NCBI GenBank assembly: GCA_025201805.1
Contig: MU619262.1
Coordinates: forward strand, 128,677-192,676
Source of the DNA: Parasitella parasitica NRRL 2501
Lineage: Eukaryota; Fungi; Mucoromycota
Length of the DNA: 64,000 bases
Direction of reading: 5' to 3'
Shown here one piece after another: positions 24,801-37,759 of this stretch. The notes under the pieces are model-generated. The model saw only the letters and a list, made by a program, of their open reading frames with translations, made no database searches and was not told the DNA's origin. How positions within the stretch are numbered: the first letter of the stretch is position 1; every line of letters begins with the position of its first letter. The translations under genes were made by a program, and so were the position numbers.

Positions 24801-26202
24801 ACTGGGATATATCTCTTCAGACTTTAATAACCATCCTCTCTCTCATTTAATGCAGTCTGTATTTGGGTTTCATGACAAGAAAAAATATCAAGTCTATTGC
24901 TACGCTACAACACCCTCTGACAATTCCCCTTACCGCCAAAAAATTGAGCAAGAATCCGAGTTTTTCTTTGATGTATCCTCCTGGTCTAACCAAGAAGTGG
25001 TAGAAAAAGTCATTGCTGATGGAATTCATGTATTAATCAACTTAAACGGGTATACCAAAGGCGCACGCAATGAAATTTTTGCTGCGAGACCTTGCCCGGT
25101 ACAATGTTCGTTTATGGGGTTTGCAGGTACACTAGGCGGTGGCTGGTGCGACTGGATTATCGCTGATCCTATTGTTTGCCCTCCTGAAATGGTGAGTGGC
25201 GAAGTTTGGCGTCAACGTGGATCCGTCATAGATATTGCAAATGGAGATTTCCAAGGAGATATCGATCCTGAAGAAGAGTCTCAAGATGATTTTGTGTATA
25301 CGGAGAAATTTATATATTTGCCTCACTCCTACTTTGTCAATGATCACAAGCAAGGCTTCAGAGACGATCATGATAATCACGGACTTGTATCATACAACCA
25401 CCAGGCAAATGAAGAATCGATTTGGGCTGTAGAGGAAGAGAAGAGGTGGAAAATGCGTCATGAAGTATTCCCCAACCTGCCTGATGATGTGGTTGTCTTT
25501 GCCAACTTCAATCAATTGTATAAGCTTGAGCCCGGTACTTTTCGCATGTGGTTGCGTATCTTGGAGCGAGTGCCTAACTCCATTCTGTGGTTATTGAGAT
25601 TTCCTCCTGCGGGTGAGCAACATCTTAAGCGTTGTGCACTTGAATGGGCTGGTCCGCAAATAGCGCAAAGAGTAATCTTTACAGATGTCGCACCCAAACA
25701 TGTCCATATTCACCGAGGAAGAGTTGCTGATATCTTTTTAGATACCCCTGAATGCAACGCTCATACAACGGCAGCTGATATCTTATGGTCTGGCACTCCC
25801 ATCATTACATTTCCAAAGTATATGCACAAAATGTGTTCTCGTGTTGGCGCAAGTATTGCCATGGCAACTGGTTTTGGTGACGAAATGGTTGTAATGAACC
25901 AGCAACAATACGAAGAGAAAGCTGTAGAGTTAGCTACCAGCTTGTACTATTCATACGAACCGTCTAACACTGGCGCTGTCTTGCGTCGAGGCCATGGTTC
26001 TCTGATGGATTTGCGCAAAAAATTGTTCTTGACCAGAGAACAAAGTCGTTTATTTGACACCGTACGTTGGACTCGGAATCTTGAAAGAGGTTATTCTGAA
26101 GCTTGGAAACGTTGGGTCAGTGGTGAAGAATTTGAGGATATCTCGCACAGCAAAGCTAAATCCGGTTGCATTTGGGTGAAGGATCCTGATGATGTTGTAT
26201 GA
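21806..26202 (+). CDS. O-GlcNAc transferase-like protein (TPR repeats + GT41 catalytic domain) with poly-Q N-terminus
   Basis: ATG at 21806 and intron 21881-21936 splice in frame to the long ORF. TPRs (NLGSLLKDMG, NLGNAIKDLG); catalytic motifs GYISSDFNNHP, NLNGYTKG, FANFNQLYK and LDTPECNAHTT. Confidence 0.92.
22342..22452 (+). repeat. CAG/CAA poly-glutamine microsatellite in the OGT-like CDS
   Basis: About 35 Gln codons with few interruptions. Confidence 0.9.
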
Positions 26203-26437
26203 ACCATTTCTCCCCCCCCCCTTTGTTTTTTCTAGACTATGCTCGCACACTTTTTTTGACCTAACTTGTTCTTTTACTACTTATTGCGCTTTTCCTTGTA
26301 TTCTTTATAATTTTTATATTTAAAAGAAGAAAAAAAGAGGCAGTGGTGATAATGATGTGATATTATTATTGTGTGCGTGCGAGTGTGTATGTGTATATGA
26401 TATACTAACTGAATATTTTGAAAGAAAAAAAAGAAGT

Positions 26438-28050
26438 CTATTTCATTAGGTTTTGTTGACAAAATACAACCACATCGCCTCTTCTTCGTTTATCGTCATG
26501 AAAATAACTATTGAAAAATCGCTGGCATTCTCTATACCCTTGTTTGTCTAGGTACTCTCGAATTTCAGGTATTAGATTGTCAAACAAAATTAAATGAGTT
26601 GTGGGCCAGACTCGATCTTGCTGATGTGTTTCCAAGAATTTGGTTGGATTTGCATAAAACTGATCTGCTTCATCCAACTCACTGGTTTCTACTAATGGTG
26701 GGTCACAAGTAAGGAACCACATTGGGATGTTGTCATGGATAATAGAGTACCACGGAGTAGAGTGGCAAGGCATAAGGACACCAACGGATATATTTTTAGG
26801 TTGAGATCGCATCCACAACATGACATCCATGACTCCTCGTTGATGCCAGATAGATGTATACAATGCCATTGGTAACTGAGTAAAAACCAAGAACAGTATG
26901 ATACGTTTACGCCATCTCGAAGATCCCGCTTGTTGTATTCCATAAGCTGCAATCATTAGAATCAAAGGTACAATAGGGAAAATGAAGCGAAATTCCTTGT
27001 GAGGTAATAAGCTATAGATGATAATAACCCAAGCTGATAAATAAAGCAATGACTTGAAGCGATTGAACATTGGAGTAGTACAAATACGATAAAGTCCAAC
27101 TCCAATCATGGGTAAAAATGTTGTAAAGATGAATGGAATCCCTTGAGATATATACCAATGCCATGTGTGAACACCGTAAAATAGAGACACATTGTTTACA
27201 ACATTTACTTTAAAGAACAAGTAAGGCGTAAATACAAGACTACCCGTGAAGTTTGACCAGCTATGGTTGTAAAGTCTTGTGTCAATCATCACATCCAATG
27301 CAATCACCAAAATACAAATGAAAAGTGCATTATAAGCTACTTTAAATACATTGCTAGAACATAGTAGTAAATGAACGCCCAAAAACAACCATATCAATCC
27401 GTTCGTAGGCCTCATCACACAAGCAATAGAAGCAAACACAAGTGATATACGATAGTTCTTTACCCAAGATTTCCCTGTAGTCTTTACAATACCAGGTAAT
27501 GGCCAATAATTCAATGCGATGATTGTGAACACCATCTCCATGCTGTTGGATAACGTTCTCGCTGCCATCTGAAAGTTGAACCAGGAACACAACGTTGTAA
27601 AAAGCTGCACAAAAAAATAAGCCGTTAGTATGATATTTGTCACGATAGTTTGATGCTTTTTACCATAGACAAAGCAATATCATTTCCAATGACCTTTTTG
27701 GCGAGTGTGTAAGTCGCTACATCAGCAACAGCAGCCAAAGTAGCCTGAAAGTATCGAGGTGCTGCTACTATAACATGTGTGTTTTGCAGACCAAGCAACA
27801 GAATTGTCTTGTATACAATTGCAATGGTAAGAGGATGCGAAAAGCTCCTTATCTTTTCCCTCCACTCCCAAGTGAGATATCCATTACCGAAAACAAGTTC
27901 GTGGGCTATTTCTTGTCCTTGCCAGTATTCGTCTGGATTGTCATATGTTCGGGTATAGTAAGCATTCAAAAACCTAAACAAGAGACATGTGACAAAAATG
28001 AATGTGCGTGATGAGGTTGTTGAAGTGGGTTGTATGGTTGCCTGAACCAT
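26438..28050 (-). CDS. GPI10: GPI mannosyltransferase 3 (PIG-B/Gpi10, GT22)
   Basis: RTYDNPDEYWQGQEIAH, GYLTWEW, RTLSNSME, FYGVHTWHWY, HKEFRF and LMPCHSTPW motifs. One intron at about 27607-27663. Confidence 0.93.
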
Positions 28051-28934
28051 AACTATTGTGTTGAATATTAGTATGATAGAGAAGGCATTAAACTTATGTT
28101 ACAAAAGGAGGTTTTATACTACTTTTACGTAGCACATGATTTGAAAAGCAGCAGCAGCCACTACACATAACCGACCATCCTCACTACAGGCTGGACAAGC
28201 TGTTGTGGTCAGGGCAATGAGTTGTCAAGTAGGCATCTACCGGGTAGGTTGTCTCTATTAAGGGTGTTTTGGATTCAAAAAAATTCTCAAAACCTGCACT
28301 CATTTCAACCACATTGCGCTCTTCATTATTGCTTTCTAGGTAAACAAAAATAAGCGTTTGATGCAGGCCACCCAACTATAAAGTGCCATCAGCCGTTTGA
28401 AGAACATCGTATCCCTTGGTCTATATTTCATCTATATCGGGGCAATTTAATTCTAATAAAATGCTCTATCTTTTGACGTTTGGAGAGAAAATGACCATAC
28501 ATCCATATATATCAATTACAAATCTAGTGCGACATTGTATAACTGTCAAGTGCATTAAAATGTGATACTATTGTGTCAAGTACTCTCGTATCTTGATTTT
28601 ATCGAAACAGAAATTATACATGTTTATGATACTACTATGAAATTAACATATGACTATGCTTTACCATCTGATCAACCCCAAAAAGCGTGATTAAAGGATG
28701 ATTCTGCGCTGCCTACTTTTTTTTTTTTTTTTTTAGAGAAACAAAAATCTCATCATAAGCAAGACCCTAAAAGTGCCTAATGAGTGGATTTGATGCTATT
28801 CAATCACTTGGAAACAAATAATTTCAGTGCAATCCTAGGCTCACTTTTCACATTTTGAGGTCGCAAACTACTTTTTACGTATAAGAAATTCTTCATTCAC
28901 GAAACACTGCATAATGTGCAAAAGTGCGAATTCA

Positions 28935-29250
28935 ACTTTATTTTGTGGTGCCCAGCACGTGCTACCGCAGGCCTGCTTCGTTTCGCAAAGCTTGTTAAAC
29001 CTCGCCATGTCCATATTTCTAGAAAAATTTGGAAAATACTGTGTTGTAAGTACAATGGCTGTGTTATATTTCAGCAGAGAAATTTCCTTGTCATCCATAA
29101 TCGTAATAGATGAAGGAATACTCATCCTTGAAAGGGCAACATACAACTGTCCGTGACATGAAATGTAAGATACAATCTAACCAAAGTTAGTGTTTAGCTT
29201 TGAGCATTAATGATGGTCATTGAAAGGGCCAATCGATACGGAGAATGAAT
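28935..29250 (-). mobile_element. Decayed Helitron/PIF1-type helicase C-terminal fragment
   Basis: The minus strand reads SPYRLALSMTIINAQS*TLTLVRLYL, then after a frameshift HGQLYVALSR. This matches the Helitron RepHel consensus QFPVRLAFAMTINKSQGQTL..VGLYL..FSHGQLYVALSR. A GC-rich stretch at about 28945-28990 lies where a 3' hairpin is expected. Confidence 0.75.
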
Positions 29251-32200
29251 TTACCTCATACATTATGTTTTGAAGAATAGACATTATGACCACAAACCGC
29301 ATTAGAGTTTGCAGCGACATTCACACGATTAATCAACACATTTTCTGATTCAAAGGTGTAAATGATTAGTCTGGCGAGATAAATTGAGTTAGCAACGTGT
29401 ATGATACCTCTCTTCTGCATAAAGAGCTAATAACTGGTGGTATAATAGGGATTTGGAGTTCATTCCTCAGTAACACCACCCAATAATCACAACATTAGAA
29501 ATTGGCCGAATCCTCGCCGTACAGTATCTTTGTGATCGACGTTGATGTCAAGTTCGAAAACACCTTTTACAAATCATTGCATTCTTTTCGACGACAGGTT
29601 CTGTTTAAAAACCGCAAGACAAATGCCCTGAATCTAACCTGATCTAAATTTTCTTTATTTGGGAACTTCAGAATTCGTTGAAGAAGGAAGATTTCGGGAC
29701 GAATTACTTGGTTGTATAAAAAGGAAATAACAGGTACGGTATTTTAGGACTGTAACTTAATAAGTAAGACGGAACTATTTAATAATGTTTGATAATGAAG
29801 ATGGTCTACTACTGTGGAACCAATACAAAATCCACTATCAGAATATTTTGTTGCATGGATCATCCACAGTGGAGAGTAGTACAGCAAAACTCTTGCTAGC
29901 ATTTTTTTTTTTTTTGCTATCTTCATTATCTTGATCATTAGTTTAGTTTTCTTTTAGATACGCAGAACGCATTGTTTTAATAAACTTGAAGGATATTAAC
30001 GAAAATGTCAAATGTGCATTGTCAATGGAAACCCCTCTCCTCCCACAAAAGGCGGTCTTGGAATATTTCCCAGCATCAGTACCTGTAGCAACAATGGGTT
30101 ACCTGACGGAAAGGAGCGTCAGAACAAGACAAAATGTAAAGAATTTATATATATCACGATTGACATTTTATGCAACACCTAGAATGACAACAGCGGAGCA
30201 GAAACAGAATAATTCATCAGCAGGTGACATGACTCGAGATCCCACGGCTCATTCAACCGATATAATTTTGAAACAAATTGCTGAAAATATTTTATTTATT
30301 CCATCAAAATGGCTTAGGATCTTCAACTATTACATCCAGATTGCATAGCGTCAATGACAAACATGTTTTTATTATATTGTTTTTGTTCATAAACCTGGAT
30401 CATTTGAAGGTCATAAATAAAAGATGCCAACTAGATTTCTGTAGTGGACATCAAAGCTGGTTCTTTTTTTGTTTTTGTTTGTTTACAAAATATATAACAA
30501 GTTCGTGTGTACTAGTGCGAGTGTGAGATTGTGTTTGAAAGGACCAAAAATACAATCTTTTGAAATATTATTCTAAATGAATGATAATGAAGGAATATGA
30601 TTGAATTTATTGTTTACAGCCCTTGAAATAGTTTTTTTCAGGTACAGTATTTATTCCCCCTTACTAAAAGACAAGTAGTGTCAAATCGAAAAAACGCTGA
30701 TCCGAATTTACATAAGCAACAGTTTTTGGCAACAAAAGTATCCAATGTGAGCGCCTCATTTTAATATTGATTTAAGGTTTTGAGCATAATAAAGTTATAA
30801 CTGAGGCTTTTGTTTGTCAAAAATCTTTTTACTTTTTTGAAATAAATTCAAACTATTTTAACCTGGGCTGATTATTTATAAATCCTTCAGCCATATATCC
30901 ATTCCTTTTTTAGCAATACATAAAAAAAAAAAAGGTTGAAATCTAGAATGAGGCGCTCCTGGCTGTCGCTGTATTTTTTGTATAGTAAGAGACTCTAGGA
31001 TACACACCTATATTTATATATACACATGTATGCGAGATGCACCGTTAAATGTAAGAGAATGTCGTTACCGAAAGTAAATGTCTCTAAATTTCAAGCGCTT
31101 TCAGTATAAATGACGTATAAAAAATTGAGATCTGATGTCAAAGAACGAATCCATGTATTTGCCACTGTATGAAAAGTGTAAGGGGGTCTTTAGATCCCTG
31201 CGCGAATATGTTTTTTATAATCTTTAACCCCATCAATACCCAAATCCACGTTGCAGCTGTTACTGTTGCACAGCAGACCAGTATCCAAGCTTTTGTTTTT
31301 GTGTAATAAGTCGTATAACAAATAAAAACAATAGGTTAGCTTAACCACCTGTTAGCAGCTTTGCTATAGGATTAGTTTCTATTAGTGATGTATCTAGTCA
31401 GATCAGAAACTGCATCGGGCCTATTGACATCACCAGAATACACATCGCGTCTGGGGTATACTATAATAACATACGTAGTATACCTTCATGGTTCAGGCCA
31501 AAGATGAGCTGAACTGTGGCACAATAGAATGGGGATTTCGTACGAGACTCACTCAAAGTCGTTCATGTTAGAGTTTGAAGTTAAAAAAAAAAAAAAAAAA
31601 AAAAAGATCTGTCATACAAGATGAAAAAAAAAAAAGCCAAATTATTGCTCATATTACTACTATCTCCAAGAGAGCAGCCATTATCCATAAGAAACAAATG
31701 CTATGTATCTATGATCTACTACTATTTTACCTTTCATTTCAATTGTGGCCGCGTAAATGCATTGTACAAGATCTTGACATGTTGTATCAGACATCAAGAA
31801 AAAACTCTGAGGAGCTGAATTTTGGATTACACAAGATGAGGTTTATACAAATATACCAGATTTAGGCTCTCTTATAAGATATAATAACATGAGAGTAAGT
31901 GCATGGTATCTCTTATACTATATTTCTAAAATACAGACCGAATATAACGCATATTTTGATCCGTGTTTTTGCAGTTGTCGTAGTTGTCTATTTCAGAACA
32001 TTGGCATACTTTAGAGTAGTAGTAAAGACAGAAGGTCATGATGCCATTTCTATAAAGAGGATGCCGGTCGAAGTAAAATCCTAGAAAGGAAAACGGAGGT
32101 GGCTTACAAGGGGACATTACTATGTATGAATACATTTATGCCATCAGTGAACAATGCTGTTGCTTGAACAAGTATATGTAATAATAATAAAAAAAAAAAT

Positions 32201-32521
32201 CTCGGTAAATGCGGTTTCGTTCATCTCGATAACTTCTGATATCGGAAAACGTTCATATGCCTCATAATATGATACTGTTTGATTTATTTTTAGCATTTTT
32301 TTTTATATATATATCTACTTTAGAATTGTAAACGATAAAAAATGCGCATTTGCGGTCATATGAATCCAAGTAAAAAAAGATTCCTACTGTGCAACAGATG
32401 TCGTTTATCGGAAACGGGTGGAGAGCGCAGTTACACCAAGCTTTTTTAATATAAAAAGAGCATTGTCTTTTCGCTTTCTTCAGTTTTTGTTTCTCTAAAT
32501 AACATCAGATAAAAAATCAAA

Positions 32522-33508
32522 ATGAACTCTGCTGTCTTTTATACTCAAGACATTTTTGCATCACCTCCTTCTTCTTCTAATACTAATAATCAGGGCTATT
32601 TTACATCCCTTGATCAGCTTGAAGCTCCATACTTTACAAAAGAGTGCCAATTTTACTATCCCAGTCCAAATGAAGACTGCAATATCTTTCAGCAACAACA
32701 GCAAAACATGTCCATGCTCATGGTTCCTCCTCTTGGCCAGTATGAGCCATTTGATCTGTCTGCTATTTCCTTAGACGCCTTTACTTCAATGATGGCGCCT
32801 GATTTTCTTCAACACAAAGTCCCTGCTATTGATTTGGTAGATCAATTTATCGCTGAGCATGAAGCTGCTTTAAACTTTCCTGAACAAGCCTTAAAACAAC
32901 ATCAACAACAAACACCTGTAATCGAAACAAATTGGTCTCACTGGACCTACAACAACATTTCTCGGGAAGCTTCTCCGGAAATCTTATCCGAAGGTCTGTC
33001 ATCCTCCAAATCTACTTCTGCCTCATCCGTTCCGCCATCTCCTGTGCCTGAAATTGCTGTGCTCAAAAACAAAAAGACAAATAAGGTAACTAAATCAACA
33101 ACGACAGCAGGTCCCGCTCGTCGTGGTCGCGGTAAAGGTGTCAAGAACAAGGTTGCCAACAAGAAGACCGTTGCTGCCGCTGCTGCTGCTGCTGCTGCTA
33201 TCAAGGAGTCATCCTCTTCAAAAACTCCTGTTGAAGGTGCTTTATATGTCTGTCAACATCACGACTGCGGTAGATCGTTTACTCGTCCTTATAATCTCAC
33301 ATCTCATATGCGTACGCACACTTCAGAACGCCCCTATGCTTGCTCGCACTGTGGTAGAAGATTCGCAAGACAACACGATCGCAACAGACACGAAAAATTA
33401 CACTGGGGTATCCGTCCTTACGCTTGCCATCACTGCCACAAATCATTTGCTCGTATGGATGCATTAAACAGACATTTGCGCATGGAAAATGGCTGTACTG
33501 GTGTACAT

Positions 33509-33514
<6 letters not shown>
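32522..33514 (+). CDS. C2H2 zinc-finger transcription factor with Crz1-type fingers
   Basis: Intronless 330 aa ORF with fingers CQHHDCGRSFTRPYNLTSHMRTH, CSHCGRRFARQHDRNRHEKLH and CHHCHKSFARMDALNRH. TATAAAA at about 32450. Confidence 0.88.
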
Positions 33515-33548
<34 letters not shown>

Positions 33549-33553
33549 AAAAT

Positions 33554-33588
<35 letters not shown>
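33513..33588 (+). repeat. Long interrupted poly-A tract starting within the stop codon of the C2H2 gene
   Basis: About 70 A with a short TTAAAATAATT interruption. Confidence 0.9.
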
Positions 33589-33590
<2 letters not shown>

Positions 33591-36028
33591 ATTATATATA
33601 TATCTTGTTCATATCCCTTCCCCTCCTTTTCGTATATTTCGTCCCTTCATCGCCTCTTTTTTTTTTGTATTTTATTATTACCATGTCTATCATATTCCAA
33701 AACCAAAAATCTTGTAAATAAAAAACTTAAAACTTGCTGTTTTGTTTAAATTAAATCGTCAAAAAAAGGCTCCCAAAACTGTATAAAATAGTAGTACAAT
33801 AGCCGCAGCCTCCATCTTGAGCTGTTCAATGTACACATCAGCCCTGGCTTGGTGTACTTTACCTTGATCTATATGCATATGCAGCCATCCGCACTTGTAA
33901 ATATATAAAAATCCTGGTGACATTTACCATGTATACACAAAAATATGTATTCAGTGTATCAGAAGAGTACTCATATGATGACGTTTGATGTGTTTGCAGA
34001 TGCACCTGAAAGACGAATGTGTTACAATTGTCAGTTTGGAATTGTGGTGGTGGCTGTGTGGAAACGTTTCCATTTTGGATTGTGTTTTTTTACAAGAATA
34101 GATTTGTTTTGACTTATGATCAACTTTTTTTTTTTTAGCTCTTCACACACTTTACAAGTTTCCATAGACACATAAAAAAGTGCCTTGGTGACCCATCACT
34201 TTTTGCTATCAGTTGTTGTATAGAACAACATCATACAAGTGTCATTTTTCGCTATCAGACCTTTTAAGTTATTTCCTTTACGAGCGGCTTCCCCGGCGAT
34301 TCTATAAAAATCAGTTTCAAATTGATATTTCTTTTAGATTATCTCAGATCGCCTTCAAGCATAAATGCAATATATCGAGCTGTTGGTTTCTGTTGCCAAG
34401 ATGATGAGTGTAATAATAGAAAACCTATATTTAAACTGACCTATATTGTATGTGTATGAGTATGTATATATGTTATACATGTATGTATTTATATACATGT
34501 CAGCAGGCAATCGACATTTGTGTTGGTATTCAGATTCTATTGTCTCAACTCTCACTCTCGGTGTAACCGAGATGATGTATTCTCGGTAAAATACAACCAG
34601 GCACAGAGGAAAACAATACTTTTAAGGTTGATTCCATCATTGATATAGTAGTCTATTTTTCAATTTTTTTGCCATTCAAAGATTTCTTTTTCTAAAAGAA
34701 ATGTCATCACAACAACCTTTTTTTTTTATTTTTTTGAATTTGGATGTTACTGTTCAACAAGGTAAACAATCATGCAATGGACGCAGACTCCACCACTTGA
34801 TTTTTTTTTGTGGTGGCTACAAGCCATGTACATATGTCCAAATATAGATTGACTTTAGAAAGAGTCTTTTTTGTTCGCTATCGATTATTGTGGTTGTACG
34901 TTCGACGGATCAATACAAGTGTAATACCAATCTTGAAACAAATAAAAAATTTCTAAACAAATTTTTGGTACTAAGAATATATCATGAAACTCTTTTTTTT
35001 TTTTTATTCAATCACGATATTATCAATAGTAGTAATATAGTATCTGGAGATGCCGGGATGCTTAGATTAGGGATTGAGCGTACTCGCAGTTTGATTTACT
35101 ACTGCCTTTCAATAGATACTAAAAACCTTCAAAAGGCTGGACAAATCCTCCTGTGTTAGTGGTTGATGACGATGGTATCACAGAAGGTTTCCATTGGCAT
35201 GTTGTTATCATCATCTTATTCTTACCAAAACGAGTATTTTTTAAAGATCAAGCAAATTACACGTTTCTGATCTATTACTACTTTATCGGATATCTTGAGG
35301 TTTGATTCATGCGCTTTCAAAGATATTGTAACTATGTCCGTTCAGTTGACTCGTCTTGAGCTTAAGGCTAGAATACATTAAATAGGAATGGCACTGTTGG
35401 AGACAAATATATAAATATATCGCTCATTTTCTTTTCTGAAAGTGGCATACAATGGCAGCCATATTAATAGAATATTTATCTTGTAGCAACTCTAATGAAT
35501 CTTGGAAAGTTTTTCTGTTGATTTTTTTTTTTTTTTGCAATGTCAATGAACAAAGCATCATCTTTTCAAACGTTGTTGGAATAAAAACGCCATAATGGCT
35601 CTCACATGTACTCAAACGACTCCAAGTGAACCAAAGCGATACTTGATGGATTAATAGCGTGTTCCAAGTGTTCTCGCCATGTTTCTATTGTTTATTACGC
35701 TGAGCAAGCGTCTTTGACTCCAGTGTTGAGCCAGCCGATTCCAACTGTAGAATGGACGGCGATGTGCGGTAAAAATCACAGTTGTATTATGTTGACAGAC
35801 ACAAAAAGGATAAAGATATCACATAATTATACAGATGTTGGGGAATATTGATTAATCACAGTGATATTATAGCCATTATCTACATGAATTTGATAGCATC
35901 GCGTATAGTGTACCATATGTGAACAAGCCGGAGCTGTTGACTGTAAACAACCCTTTTATTTGAAAGAGAAAATATGCGTTTGAAGGTTCTAATAAATGGG
36001 CAGCGATGTCAAAAATTAATGTTAGGAT

Positions 36029-37177
36029 TTACTGCTGCATGACCATCTCAACAAAGCGGTCAATAACCTATAAAATTCAGTTTAGAAAAATAGACAATTA
36101 ACACGAAATAAACGCAAACATTTACAAGATCTGGTCTCTTTTCTTTAACCAAAGCTAATGGGTGGATAGACTTGACGCCGTCCTTCCTATGCAGCGATAA
36201 AAATGAAGAGCGTGTTTAGAGGGAATGGCTGGCCGCGCCAAGGGTTACTTACCATTTGACAAGACAGTAGAGGTCTGACTGATCCATTTCCTTTCCAATA
36301 TATTCGACACTCTCGGTTTGAGTTTGCCAATCCAAAGGAGGATCGATAGCAAATTTCTCGTTGAAAATAACATCCTCGCTCTCTTGTATGTCTTCAATGT
36401 CGATCACTGCTTTCTTTGGCCTGGGAGGAGGAGACAGGCTTTCGATTGAAGAATCATCGTCAATGCCCAATTCCTCTCTCTTTCTCTTTTTTTCATGCTG
36501 CTCCAAAAAGTAGTCTTGCTGCTTGTTGTCATTGCTCACGGCTCTTTTAGTCGCTGCTGATTTAAACACTGCGTTTTCTGAGCCCATGTCTTCATCTGAT
36601 TGATTTGTTGAGCGGTTGGGAGTTGCAAAGACGTCTTCGTCATCGGAACTCTCTATTTCCATGGTCTCGGGCGGAATATCGTCATCCAAGTCATCGTCTT
36701 CATTGTTGGCAGTAGCGATGACTTGAGGTAATCGAACAGGCTCTTTTCCTTTATCCTTACTTGCGCTAAAGATACCATCTAAAGTTTGCTGCTGCTGCTG
36801 CTGCTGCTTGGCAGAGTCTGTTCTGTCGTCGTCGGCTGATCTTGTGGAAGTGGAGACGGACGCAGGAGAAGAGGGTGAATTGGCAGAAATGACGATGGGT
36901 ATTTGCTTTGGAGCAGCTGGCGCTTTTGTTAATTTAATTGGTTTCTTGCGAGTGTTGTTGAGTTTTTCAAATCGAACTCTGTCCTTGGAGTCGGGCGCCA
37001 TGGCATTCCAATATTTTTCAATCAAATCAATAGCAAATCTGATTGTGCCAAGAAGAAGATAAATAAATGATTCTTGGCGTATTCCCCATTATTTGTTTAC
37101 TTACACATTCGCTTCTTTCTCCCAAGTATTGTCTTCTGGGGGATAATTCATCCATTTGATAAAGTACAGCAGCTCCT

Positions 37178-37221
<44 letters not shown>

Positions 37222-37337
37222 TACAAGAGTCTTGGAGATGTAAAAATGTGCCCAGTTACCTTGTTTTTCTTGATGAATCTGTGAGCTTGGATCTCCTCGA
37301 CCTCGTAAACTTCTTCTTCTACCGGCGAATTGCTCAT
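36029..37337 (-). CDS. HP1/Swi6-like chromodomain + chromo-shadow protein
   Basis: Chromodomain YEVEEIQAHR...YFIKWMNYPPEDNTWE with aromatic cage residues; long acidic hinge; shadow-like C-terminus DWQ..VEYI..LYCLVK|WKDG..HPLALVKEKRPDL|VIDRFVE. Confidence 0.82.
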
Positions 37338-37759
37338 TGTATGGCCTTTTTTTTTATATATATATGTATTAGTTGAAACAGAAAAGAAAACCAGAGAAAA
37401 CTTTTTAGTTGCCATCACAAAGTGCTGAATACCACGTCTCACATTTTGTACTCCCACAGCTCTAAAAAAAAATTTACAGTGTCGAAAACCGCAACAAATA
37501 AAATTAACATCCGCATTTACCATGTCCCTATTGTTCAAACATGGCGTCAGGAACCAGCAACACACACTCTTCAATCCTTATTTGCGCCGTGAAAAATGAC
37601 AGATTCTACAAGGCCACAGCATTGAAACCATTTAGCAACTCTGCCCTGAAAAAAATCAGCACAAAAACAAGCCACCACCAACTGCATGAAATATGAATAT
37701 CAACTACATTTTTTTGGTTTTTCTATTTTCGTTGTATTTTATTTCTTTCGCTTATTGCC

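Noticed and set aside
32522-33588. Retrogene interpretation of the intronless C2H2 gene with poly-A directly after the stop
   Set aside because: Long A/T homopolymers occur throughout the window, no target-site duplication is evident, and a normal TATA box and 3' UTR-like flank are present.
34556-34570. CTCGG-N5-CCGAG palindrome (Zn2Cys6-like site)
   Set aside because: Short and isolated, between convergent genes; expected by chance.
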